35,675 bases of DNA from Candidatus Limnocylindrales bacterium. Lineage in GTDB: Bacteria; Chloroflexota; Limnocylindria; Limnocylindrales; CSP1-4. Under the pieces are notes generated by a model. It worked only from the letters and a program-made list of their open reading frames with translations, ran no database searches and had not been told where the DNA came from. The position numbers and the translations under genes were made by a program. The stretch's first letter is position 1. Each line of letters opens with the position of its first letter. The stretch covers positions 1 to 35,675 of the forward strand of contig JBKKCW010000035.1 of NCBI GenBank assembly GCA_046712485.1, written 5' to 3'. Shown here in pieces: positions 1 through 7,238 of this stretch.

Positions 1-530
1 AGGATGGGTTCGTTGTTCTTGTCGCGGACGGCGTAGGCCGGGTGGTACATCGCGAATGCCAGGGCGTCCTCGCGGCCACTCGCTGGTCGGCTCGTCCCGT
101 GGGCCATCCCGATCCGCTCACCGGGTCGGAAGGCACCCAGCGAGAACCGGCCGAGGGTCACGATCAACGCGGGATCGAGGGCCTCGAGCTGGCGTTGCAG
201 GTATGGCGCACATGCCGCCATTTCATCCGGTTGCGGATCGCGATTGCCGGGAGGTCGGCACTTGACGACATTCGTGATGTACACCTCGTCGCGCCCCCAA
301 CCGAGCGAGGCGATGAGACGCGTCAGGAGCCGTCCCGATTCCCCGACGAATGGTCGTCCCTGGGCATCCTCCTCGCGGCCGGGCCCTTCCCCGACGAAAA
401 CGACCTCGGTGTCCGGATCGCCCTCACCGGGGACGGCGTTGGTCCGCGTCTGGTGCAACCGGCACTTGGTGCACGCCCGGACCTCTGTCGCGATGGCGTC
501 GAGCGCCTGCCGGCGCTCGGGGTCCGTCAC
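1..530 (-). CDS. Uracil-DNA glycosylase, family 4 (Fe-S type); its 3' end runs off the left edge of the window
   Basis: My own minus-strand translation; the ORF track omits it because there is no stop codon in the window. It reads VTDPERRQALDAIATEVRACTKCRLHQTRTNAVPGEGDPDTEVVFVGEGPGREEDAQGRPFVGESGRLLTRLIASLGWGRDEVYITNVVKCRPPGNRDPQPDEMAACAPYLQRQLEA... The GEGPG-x2-ED-x2-G-x-PFVG motif and the Cys ligands (CxxC, VKCRPP, C-x2-YL) are typical of family-4 UDG. The putative GTG start at 530-528 overlaps the asd stop (GTGA). Confidence 0.8.
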   Translation of the reverse strand, partial: MTDPERRQALDAIATEVRACTKCRLHQTRTNAVPGEGDPDTEVVFVGEGPGREEDAQGRPFVGESGRLLTRLIASLGWGRDEVYITNVVKCRPPGNRDPQPDEMAACAPYLQRQLEALDPALIVTLGRFSLGAFRPGERIGMAHGTSRPASGREDALAFAMYHPAYAVRDKNNEPI

Positions 531-1624
531 GCCGTGGCCTCTACGACGCTCGCGGCGCGGTACGGGCGGGCACCTCTCGCCGAAGCCGGCGCGACCCAGT
601 CACGCTCTCGAAGCAGCTCGGCCAGCTCGACGGCGTTCGTCGCAGCTCCTTTGCGGAGGTTGTCCGACACGACCCAGAACGCCAGGCCCCGGTCGTGCTC
701 GACCGAGACATCCTGGCGAACCCGGCCGACGAAGATCTCGTCACGCCCGGCCGCCTCGCTGGCGAGCGGATAGTCGTGGGCCGCGGGATCGTCCTGGACC
801 AGCACGCCTGCGACGGCCGCGAACAACTCGCGCGCCTGTTCAGGTGTGATCGGGTCGCGCGTCTCCACGTGCACCGCCTCTGAGTGGCTCACGAAGACCG
901 GGATGCGCACGGCCGTGCACGAAATCCGTAGATCGGGGAGACCGAGAATCTTGCGGTTCTCGCAGACGACCTTCCACTCCTCCTTGGTGTACCCGTTGGG
1001 CAGGAAGACGTCGATCTCCGGGAGGGCGTTGAATGCGATCGGATGGGGGTAGACGCTGGCCGTCTTCGGTTCGCCCGAGACGTGGGCGCGGATCTGGCCT
1101 TCCAGCTCCGCGAGCGCGTCGGCGCCGGTGCCCGACACGGACTGGTACGTGTCGACGATGACCCGCTCGAGCCCGACGGCGTCGCGCAGCGCCATCAGGA
1201 CGGGGGCGAGCTGCATGGTCGAGCAGTTCGGGTTGGCCACGATCCCCGGATGTCCCTCCAGGTCGTCCGGGTTGACCTGCGAGACGACGAGCGGGACATT
1301 CGGGTCCATCCGCCAGGCGGACGAGTTGTCGATGACCGTGGCACCTCGGGAGACTGCGGCTGGCGCGAGATCCCGGGAGACGTCGGCCCCCGCCGAGAAG
1401 AGGGCGATATCCACGCCGTCAAACGCATCGGGGACGGCTTCCGCGATCTCGAGCGTCCGTCCATCGACAGTGACGCTCCGGCCGGCCGACCGCCCCGAGG
1501 CAAGCAGGCGCAGCTCATCGACCGGGAATTCCCGTTCGTTGAGGATGTGGATCATCGTCCGTCCGACGACGCCGGTGGCGCCCACGACGGCGACGATGAG
1601 CGGTTGGCGGTTCATCCGGGACAT
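527..1624 (-). CDS. asd: Aspartate-semialdehyde dehydrogenase
   Basis: A 365-aa ORF with an ATG start. It has the N-terminal Rossmann motif VAVVGATGVVGR, the active-site context ANPNCSTMQL, and QSVSGTG. It is full length for Asd. Confidence 0.95.
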   Translation of the reverse strand: MSRMNRQPLIVAVVGATGVVGRTMIHILNEREFPVDELRLLASGRSAGRSVTVDGRTLEIAEAVPDAFDGVDIALFSAGADVSRDLAPAAVSRGATVIDNSSAWRMDPNVPLVVSQVNPDDLEGHPGIVANPNCSTMQLAPVLMALRDAVGLERVIVDTYQSVSGTGADALAELEGQIRAHVSGEPKTASVYPHPIAFNALPEIDVFLPNGYTKEEWKVVCENRKILGLPDLRISCTAVRIPVFVSHSEAVHVETRDPITPEQARELFAAVAGVLVQDDPAAHDYPLASEAAGRDEIFVGRVRQDVSVEHDRGLAFWVVSDNLRKGAATNAVELAELLRERDWVAPASARGARPYRAASVVEATA

Positions 1625-1662
1625 GGCTCCACTCGCTCAGTCGCTGGGGCGGGCACGACACG

Positions 1663-1671
1663 AGTATAGCA
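1663..1671 (-). promoter_or_regulatory. Candidate extended -10 promoter element (TGCTATACT) upstream of asd
   Basis: The minus strand reads GCTGCTATACTCGTG about 40 nt upstream of the asd ATG, in the 95-nt pnp-asd spacer. The same TGCTAnnnT core recurs upstream of rpsO, rpsB and rplS. No good -35 element is present. Confidence 0.35.
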
Positions 1672-1719
1672 GCGGGTCTCCGAGGATCGGCCGCGCCCCC
1701 TGCCGAATGCAGCTCCGAG

Positions 1720-4305
1720 CTACACCGGATCCTTGGCCAAGTGGCGCTGCATCGCCGCCTTGCGTGACAGGTTCACCCGGCCCTGGCGGTCCACCTCGGT
1801 GACGACGACCATCACCTCGTCGCCGACGGATACGACGTCCTCGACGCTCGGCACGTGGTAGTCGGCGAGCTCGCCGATCCGGACGAGGCCCTCCTTGCCG
1901 GGCAGGATCTCGACGAACGCGCCGAAGCCCATGATCCGGGTGACCTTGCCCAGGTAGAGGGCGCCGATCTCCACATCGCGGGTCAGACTCTCGATCCACT
2001 GGATCGCCTTGCGCGAGTTCTCGGCAGACACGGCCGCGATTTCGACCGTGCCGTCGTCCTCGACGTTGATCTCCGTCTGCGTCTCCTCCTGGATCTTGCG
2101 GATCATCGATCCACCCTTGCCGATGATCTCGCGGATCTTCTCGGGGTTGATCTTGATCGTGATGATCCGGGGAGCGAAGTCGCTCATCGACTCGCGAGTT
2201 TCCGGAATGACCTCGGCCATCTTGTCGAGGATCTGGAGGCGAGCTGTCAGGGCCTGCTTGAGGCCATCGCGGATGATCGCCTCGCTGATGCCCTGGACCT
2301 TGATGTCCATCTGCAGGGCGGTGACGCCGTCGCGGGTCCCGGTGACCTTGAAGTCCATGTCGCCGATCGCATCCTCCTTGCCGAGAATGTCGGTCAGGAC
2401 CACGAACCGGCCGTCGGATTCGCTGATCAGGCCCATGGCCGCTCCGGCGACCGGTGCCTTGATCGGCACACCGGCGTCCATGAGCGCGAGCGTCGAGCCG
2501 CAGGTCGAGGCCATCGAGGTGGACCCGTTTGACGTCACGCACTCCGACACCAGCCGGATCACGTACGGGAATTCCTCCTGCGTCGGCAGGACGGGCACGA
2601 GCGCACGCTCGGCAAGGTGGCCGTGGCCGATGTCGCGCCGGCTTGGGCCGCGCATCATCTTGTTCTCGCCCGTCGAGTACGGCGGGAAGTTGTAGTGGTG
2701 GAGGTAGCGCTTCTCGGTCTCGGGGCTGATCGTGTCGATCCGCTGGACATCCGAGGACGCACCCAGCGTCGCAACCGTCAGTGCCTGGGTCTCACCGCGG
2801 GTGAAGAGACCCGAGCCGTGGGCGCGTGGGACGAGACCGACCTCGACCGAGATCGGTCGAATGTCCGTCAGGCCGCGGCCGTCGATCCGGATCCCCTCGT
2901 CGAGCACGATCCGGCGAACCGTCTTCTTCTGGATCAGATTGAACAGGGCCTTGCTGACCCGCGCCTGGCGTCGCGCGGCTTCGAGAAGCTTGGCGGTGTC
3001 TCCCCCGGTCCTGTTCGCTCGCACGGCCCCGGCGATCGACTCACGCAGGGTCGCGATTCGACCCGGGAGGTCGTTCGCGAACCAGAGCAGGAGGTTGGCG
3101 GTCGCCTCGGCGTCGGCGAGGGCACGATGGCCCTGGGCGAGCTCGACGCCGAAGAACCTGGCCAGGTCGCCGAGCTTGTACGACTCGGCACCGGGATACC
3201 CATCACGGGCGATGATCAGCGTGTCGATGTAGGAGCCGGGCCGGACACGGAACCCGTCGCCCATGGCCTCTTCGATGAAGCCGATGTCGAAGCCCACGTT
3301 GTGCCCGACGACAAGGGCATCTGGACCGATGAAGGCGAGCAGCTTCTCGGCCGCTTCCTTGGGGCTCGGGGCGCCCTTGACGTCCTTGTCGGTGATGCCG
3401 TGCATCTGGTTGCCGACGATCGGTCGCCCGGGGTTGACGAAGGTGGACCAGCGATCCACGACCTTGGTGCCCTTGACCTTGACGGCCGCAACTTCGAGCA
3501 GGTCCGCCATCTTGGGATCGGTCCCGGTCGTCTCCACGTCGATGACGACGAGCTCGCGCTTCGCGTCGGTGGCGTCGGCGAACTCGAGCACCGAATTTGT
3601 CGAAGGCTCGAGGTACGGGATCCGCTTGGCCTTGCCCATCGCCTGCTGAAGCTCCACCTGGAGATCAACGATCGGCTGGAGTGCGCGATGACCGAACAGG
3701 ATGGCCTCGGCCATGACCGCTTCGGGCAGGAGGTTGGCGCCCGCCTCGACCATCATGATCGCGTCCTTGGTGCCGGCGACGATCAGGTCGAGCTCCGAGT
3801 CAGCGAGCTGTGTGTGCGTGGGATTGACGACGAACTCGCCGCCGATCCGCCCAATCCGCACCGAGCCGATCGGGCCGTTGAACGGGATCTCGCTGATCGT
3901 CAACGCGGCGGACGCAGCGATCGTGCCGATGACGTCCGGGTTGTTCTCCTGGTCCGTCGAGAGGACGGTGATGACAAGCTGGACGTCGTCCTTGTAGCCC
4001 TCGGGGAACAGCGGCCGGATCGGCCGGTCGGTCTGGCGGGCGGCAAGGATCGCGTTCTCGGACGGTCGCGCCTCGCGTTTGATGAAGCCGCCCGGGATCT
4101 TTCCCGCGGCGTACATTCGCTCCTCGAAATCGACCGTGAGCGGGAAGAAGTCGAGGCCGGGGCGCGGTTCGGCTCGGTTGGCGGTGCCGAGCACCATGGT
4201 GTCGCCGTAGCGAACCGTGACCGAGCCGCCGGCGAGGCGGGCGAGCTTGCCGGTCTCGATGGTCAGCGTGCGACCACCAAGCTGCGTTTCGAACGTCTGG
4301 GACAA
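1720..4305 (-). CDS. pnp: Polyribonucleotide nucleotidyltransferase (PNPase) with an inserted DEDDh exonuclease domain
   Basis: The ORF track gives 1720..4401. I place the start at TTG 4305, which sits 9 nt downstream of AGGAGG; this gives MSQTFETQLGGRTLTIETGKLA, the normal PNPase N-terminus. E. coli pnp also uses a UUG start. Recognisable parts are RNase PH domain 1, RNase PH domain 2 (SNGSTSMASTCGSTLALMDAGVPIKAPVAGAAMGL, GDMDFKVTGT), a KH domain (GKGGSMIRKIQEET) and an S1 domain (YLGKVTRIMGFGAFVEILPGKEGLVRI). The protein is about 861 aa against about 700-740 aa for typical PNPases. The excess is the insert listed next. Confidence 0.95.
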   Translation of the reverse strand: MSQTFETQLGGRTLTIETGKLARLAGGSVTVRYGDTMVLGTANRAEPRPGLDFFPLTVDFEERMYAAGKIPGGFIKREARPSENAILAARQTDRPIRPLFPEGYKDDVQLVITVLSTDQENNPDVIGTIAASAALTISEIPFNGPIGSVRIGRIGGEFVVNPTHTQLADSELDLIVAGTKDAIMMVEAGANLLPEAVMAEAILFGHRALQPIVDLQVELQQAMGKAKRIPYLEPSTNSVLEFADATDAKRELVVIDVETTGTDPKMADLLEVAAVKVKGTKVVDRWSTFVNPGRPIVGNQMHGITDKDVKGAPSPKEAAEKLLAFIGPDALVVGHNVGFDIGFIEEAMGDGFRVRPGSYIDTLIIARDGYPGAESYKLGDLARFFGVELAQGHRALADAEATANLLLWFANDLPGRIATLRESIAGAVRANRTGGDTAKLLEAARRQARVSKALFNLIQKKTVRRIVLDEGIRIDGRGLTDIRPISVEVGLVPRAHGSGLFTRGETQALTVATLGASSDVQRIDTISPETEKRYLHHYNFPPYSTGENKMMRGPSRRDIGHGHLAERALVPVLPTQEEFPYVIRLVSECVTSNGSTSMASTCGSTLALMDAGVPIKAPVAGAAMGLISESDGRFVVLTDILGKEDAIGDMDFKVTGTRDGVTALQMDIKVQGISEAIIRDGLKQALTARLQILDKMAEVIPETRESMSDFAPRIITIKINPEKIREIIGKGGSMIRKIQEETQTEINVEDDGTVEIAAVSAENSRKAIQWIESLTRDVEIGALYLGKVTRIMGFGAFVEILPGKEGLVRIGELADYHVPSVEDVVSVGDEVMVVVTEVDRQGRVNLSRKAAMQRHLAKDPV
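3067..3558 (-). other. DnaQ/RNase T-like DEDDh 3'-5' exonuclease domain inserted in-frame inside pnp
   Basis: Exo I is LVVIDVETTG. Exo II is LVVGHNVGFDIGFI. Exo III is GHRALADAEATANLL. The surrounding sequence also fits the epsilon-like pattern (FVNPGRPIVGNQMHGITDKDVKGAP, KLLAFIG). It is flanked N-terminally by the first helices of the PNPase alpha domain (LFGHRALQPIVDLQVELQQAMGKAKR). It is flanked C-terminally by the remainder of that domain leading into PH2 (LFNLIQKKTVRRIVLDEGIRIDGRG). Confidence 0.85.
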
Positions 4306-4388
4306 AGTAACTGCTCCTCCTGATCGTGCGGAGGAGGCGACGACCCGCGAGCAGGTCGGCCGGCTGGGCCTGGCGTCACACGCGACGA

Positions 4389-4409
4389 GACCCCGGCACA
4401 TCCGGGGTC
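4389..4409 (-). promoter_or_regulatory. 8-bp GC-rich hairpin in the rpsO-pnp intergenic region (candidate rpsO attenuator or pnp leader processing structure)
   Basis: The sequence is GACCCCGG-nnnnn-CCGGGGTC, a perfect inverted repeat 15 nt downstream of the rpsO stop and about 85 nt upstream of the pnp TTG. It is followed by TCGTCGCGTGTG, which is only a weak U-tract. Confidence 0.4.
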
Positions 4410-4423
4410 CGGTTGCGGATCGC

Positions 4424-4693
4424 CTAGCGGCGGAGCCCGAGCCGTCCGATGACGACTCGATAGCGCGCGCTGTCCTTCTTCATCAGGTAGGCGAGAAGGC
4501 GGCGGCGTTGGCCGACGAGCTTGAGGAGGCCGCGGCGCGAATGATTGTCCTTGGGGAAGCTCCGGAGATGTCCGGTCAGCTCCTTGATCCGCTCCGTCAG
4601 GAGCGCGACCTGGACCTCCGGGGAACCGGTGTCACCTTCCTTGGTGGCATACCCGGTGATGATCTCCTGCTTCTCTTCCCGCGCCAGCGGCAC
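4424..4693 (-). CDS. rpsO: 30S ribosomal protein S15
   Basis: An 89-aa [73 protein letters not shown]. It has a GTG start 5 nt after GGAGG. Confidence 0.97.
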   Translation of the reverse strand: MPLAREEKQEIITGYATKEGDTGSPEVQVALLTERIKELTGHLRSFPKDNHSRRGLLKLVGQRRRLLAYLMKKDSARYRVVIGRLGLRR

Positions 4694-4745
4694 TCGTTCC
4701 TCCGAACACGAACTTCTTTGTTTGTCGTTCTTCTATGACCGGCGG

Positions 4746-4774
4746 ATGGTAGCAGGCAATGCGCGAGGCGGCAA
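4746..4774 (-). promoter_or_regulatory. Candidate sigma-70-type promoter for rpsO-pnp
   Basis: The minus strand reads TTGCCG, then a 17-nt spacer ending in TGC, then TACCAT (an extended -10). This lies about 50 nt upstream of the rpsO start. The A/T-rich leader between them (GAAGAACGACAAACAAAGAAGTTCGTGTTCGGAGG) could fold. Confidence 0.4.
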
Positions 4775-4909
4775 ACTGGTGTATTGGTCCGCTACGTCCG
4801 TTACACCTCGACGCCGATCGAGGCGAGGTACTCGGCGGGGGTGGCCACATACGTCTGCCGCCGAGATTGCGGACAATGCTCCCGACCCGGAGCACGACGG
4901 AGAGCGGTG

Positions 4910-5473
4910 ATGCCACGCTTGACGAAGATCTACACCAAGACCGGTGATACCGGCCTGACCGGTCTCGGTGGTGGGCAGCGCGTTCCCAAGGACGCGCAGC
5001 GGGTCGAGACGTACGGCACGGTCGATGAGCTCAACTCGCACCTCGGCGTGGCGATTGCGATCGGGTTGTGCGAGCGTCTCGCCAGCGAGCTGCTGCTGAT
5101 CCAGAACGAGCTGTTCGACCTCGGGTCGGACCTGGCTACGCCGGCCACGAGCCAGGCTCGTCATCCAGTCCCGACGGTCGAGCCGCGGCACGTCGAGAAG
5201 CTCGAGCGACTGATCGACGAGCTCAATGACGTGGTCGGGCCGCTTGCCAATTTCCTCTTGCCGGGTGGGTCGCCGGGCGCTGCCCAGCTGCATGTCGCCC
5301 GGACCGTTTGTCGCCGGGCTGAACGGGCGGCCACCACCCTCGCCCGGGACGAGGAGATTGGCGCCACCGTGCTCCCCTACCTCAATCGCCTGTCCGATGC
5401 GCTGTTCGTGATGGCGCGGTTCGAGAACCACGAACGAGCAGTGCCCGAGCCGCTCTGGCAACCAGGTCGCTGA
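4910..5473 (+). CDS. ATP:cob(I)alamin adenosyltransferase, PduO/MMAB type
   Basis: From the internal ATG at 4910 the sequence is [49 protein letters not shown]...[24 protein letters not shown]. This is the characteristic PduO-type N-terminus and core. The 42 codons upstream in the track ORF carry no homology signal. Confidence 0.9.
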   Translation: MPRLTKIYTKTGDTGLTGLGGGQRVPKDAQRVETYGTVDELNSHLGVAIAIGLCERLASELLLIQNELFDLGSDLATPATSQARHPVPTVEPRHVEKLERLIDELNDVVGPLANFLLPGGSPGAAQLHVARTVCRRAERAATTLARDEEIGATVLPYLNRLSDALFVMARFENHERAVPEPLWQPGR

Positions 5474-5482
5474 GGAGTCAGC

Positions 5483-6286
5483 TCACCGAAGCGTCGTTGG
5501 CACCTCGCCCGTGAGCTCCACCGTGACGCGCGTTCCCAGCGTCACGTCGGCGCGCAGGAACGCGACGCCACGATCGATGCGCAGACGACCCGGTCGCCCA
5601 TCGACCTGGCAGGTGTACTCGCCGGCCGGCGGAAGCGCCATCGGCAGCTCGAATGCCAGTCCGACGCCGTCGGGACCCTCATCGGCCACCATCCCTGCGA
5701 GTGTGACGCTCCGGCCGAGCAGCGCTGCGGCACCCGCCAGGTTTCCAGCGGCGATCTCGAACCGGATGTCGGAGCTCCGCACGGCGCGGCCGTCCAGCGT
5801 GAACGGTGGGACGACCACCACGTCAAACCGGAGTTGTCGGCCGAGCTCGGTCAGTGCGTCCGGGGTGCCGCGGCGTTCTCACCCGAACGCCGCGTCTGGT
5901 GTCATGAGAAACCCGCGGAGATCGACCCGATCGCGGATACGCCCGACGAAGACGTCGTACGGCGTCTCGCGCAGCGCGGCATCAAAATGCTGGACGACCG
6001 TCACCGCCACGCCGGTGTCCGCAAGGCGCTCGAGCCGTTCGCCCGGATCCAGGAGCAACGGCGGCGCCTGCCCGGCCAGCACCTCGTCGGGATGGTGGTC
6101 GAAGGTGATCACCATGGGTCGCGCGTCGCGCACTTCCGCTTCGCTCACGAGGTAACGGAGCAGGTAGAGATGGCCCAGGTGCAGGCCGTCGAACACCCCG
6201 ACGACGACGAATGCTGGGCCGTCGACCGGGGAGAGGCCGTCAACACCGTGGACCACCTGCATCGTGGAGCCGACTCGATCGGTCAT
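5483..6286 (-). pseudogene. ribF: RibF (FMN adenylyltransferase / riboflavin kinase-like), a single reading frame interrupted by an in-frame TGA at 5879-5881
   Basis: The ATG at 6286 overlaps the truB stop (ATGA). The N-terminal FMNAT motifs are GVFDGLHLGHLYLL and ITFDHHP. The sequence then reads ...MTPDAAFG-TGA-ERRGTPDALTELGRQLRFDVVVVPPFTLDGRAVRSSDIR...LLGR..., so track ORFs 5879..6706 and 5483..5821 are the same frame and the same gene. The C-terminal kinase-like part is short and lacks the PTAN motif. Confidence 0.75.
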
Positions 6287-7236
6287 TCGCCAATCGAAGG
6301 AGCGGCGGCGGGCGCCAGGAATACCTTGTCGGGCGCCAAACGACCACTCGTCGCGGTGGCGATGGCCACGAGGTTGCCCTCCCTGTCGCGGAGCCGGTAG
6401 TGGTCGGCCGGTGCCGGGATCCCCGCCTCGGGCCGTACGAACTGGCCCTTGGCGACCGCCACCACTTCGGCCGGCGTCAAGGCGATCTCGGGGAGGGCGT
6501 GGAGACCGGCGTCGATGGGTCGCAGGTACGGCATCAGCCCGGCGGGACCGTCTGCGGCGGCGCTGCGGATCACGTCGAGCTCGGTTGCGTCCTCCAGCTC
6601 GAACGGTCCGGACGCCGTCCGGGTCAACGCGCCAAGGTAGGCCGCATTGCCAACAGCTTCGCCGAGGTCCCGCGCGAGGGCGCGGACGTACGTGCCCGCC
6701 GAGCACCGAACATCGATCAGGGCGACGGGTCTGGCGGGCTCGGTGTCATCCCAGGACGACAGGGTCAGGGCATCGATCGTCACCTCGCGCGGCGCCAGGG
6801 TCACGGTCTCGCCCGCGCGTGCCATCGCGTATGCTCGTCGACCGGCCACCTTGATCGCGCTGTACGCGGGTGGGCGCTGCGAGATCGTGCCGAGGAACCC
6901 GCGCAACGCCGTCTCGACCGCCGCCCGGTCCGGTGCCGGCCCTTCGGAGGGCGTGAGCTCGCCCTCGAGATCGTCCGTTGTCGAAGCGGCGCCGAAGCAG
7001 ACCGTAGCTCGATATGCCTTTCGATCGGCCAGGTGATATTCGACGACGCGGGTCGCGTGCCCGAGGAAGAGAGGCAGGACGCCGGACGCGAAGGGATCGA
7101 GAGTACCGCCGTGCCCGACCCGCTTGGTGGCCGCCAAGCGGCGGACGAGCGCGACGATATCGTGCGAAGTGGGACCGGTGGGTTTGGCGGCGACAACGAT
7201 GCCGTCCAGCCCATGCCCGAGTGACGAGCGAGCCAC
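6283..7236 (-). CDS. truB: tRNA pseudouridine(55) synthase TruB
   Basis: A 317-aa ORF with a GTG start. Motifs: GIVVAAKPTGPTSHDIV and KRVGHGGTLDPFASGVLPLFLG, which contains the catalytic Asp. Confidence 0.95.
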   Translation of the reverse strand: MARSSLGHGLDGIVVAAKPTGPTSHDIVALVRRLAATKRVGHGGTLDPFASGVLPLFLGHATRVVEYHLADRKAYRATVCFGAASTTDDLEGELTPSEGPAPDRAAVETALRGFLGTISQRPPAYSAIKVAGRRAYAMARAGETVTLAPREVTIDALTLSSWDDTEPARPVALIDVRCSAGTYVRALARDLGEAVGNAAYLGALTRTASGPFELEDATELDVIRSAAADGPAGLMPYLRPIDAGLHALPEIALTPAEVVAVAKGQFVRPEAGIPAPADHYRLRDREGNLVAIATATSGRLAPDKVFLAPAAAPSIGE

Positions 7237-7238
7237 GA

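Noticed and set aside
2617-4323. A 568-aa plus-strand ORF antisense to pnp. Similar long antisense ORFs are 9286..10707 (opposite infB), 12428..13840 (opposite ispG), 15549..16472 (opposite dxr), 19299..20807, 32630..34666 and 33721..35583 (opposite smc).
   Set aside because: These are shadow ORFs typical of GC-rich DNA. Their translations are Arg/Gly/Asp/Pro/Leu-rich with no recognisable motifs. Each lies exactly opposite a gene with unambiguous homology that fully explains the region.
4306-4401. N-terminal extensions produced by the longest-ORF calls. For pnp the extension runs to 4401. The same applies to rpsB (to 21358), ffh (to 28997), ribF (to 6706), yraN (to 22317) and the adenosyltransferase (from 4784).
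   Set aside because: In each case homology starts at an internal start codon that has a Shine-Dalgarno sequence or a stop-start overlap. The upstream codons either overlap the neighbouring gene or run through intergenic hairpins.
4745-4909. A possible cobalamin riboswitch upstream of the PduO-type adenosyltransferase. Fragments such as GGCAAACTGGTGTATTGGTCCGC and GCCACATACGTCTGCC vaguely recall the B12-element core and the B12 box.
   Set aside because: The expected helices do not pair. For example, there is no complement closing the GGTG...TCC hairpin. The B12-box match is poor, and the region also has to hold the rpsO promoter on the other strand. A cmscan with RF00174 would settle it.
5879-5940. 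Selenocysteine or programmed recoding at the ribF TGA.
   Set aside because: I could fold no SECIS-like stem-loop from the 60 nt downstream, only short palindromes (GCCGCGGC, CCGAGCTCGG). I know of no Sec in RibF. The position is a variable residue, and TGA serves as a normal stop in adjacent genes.
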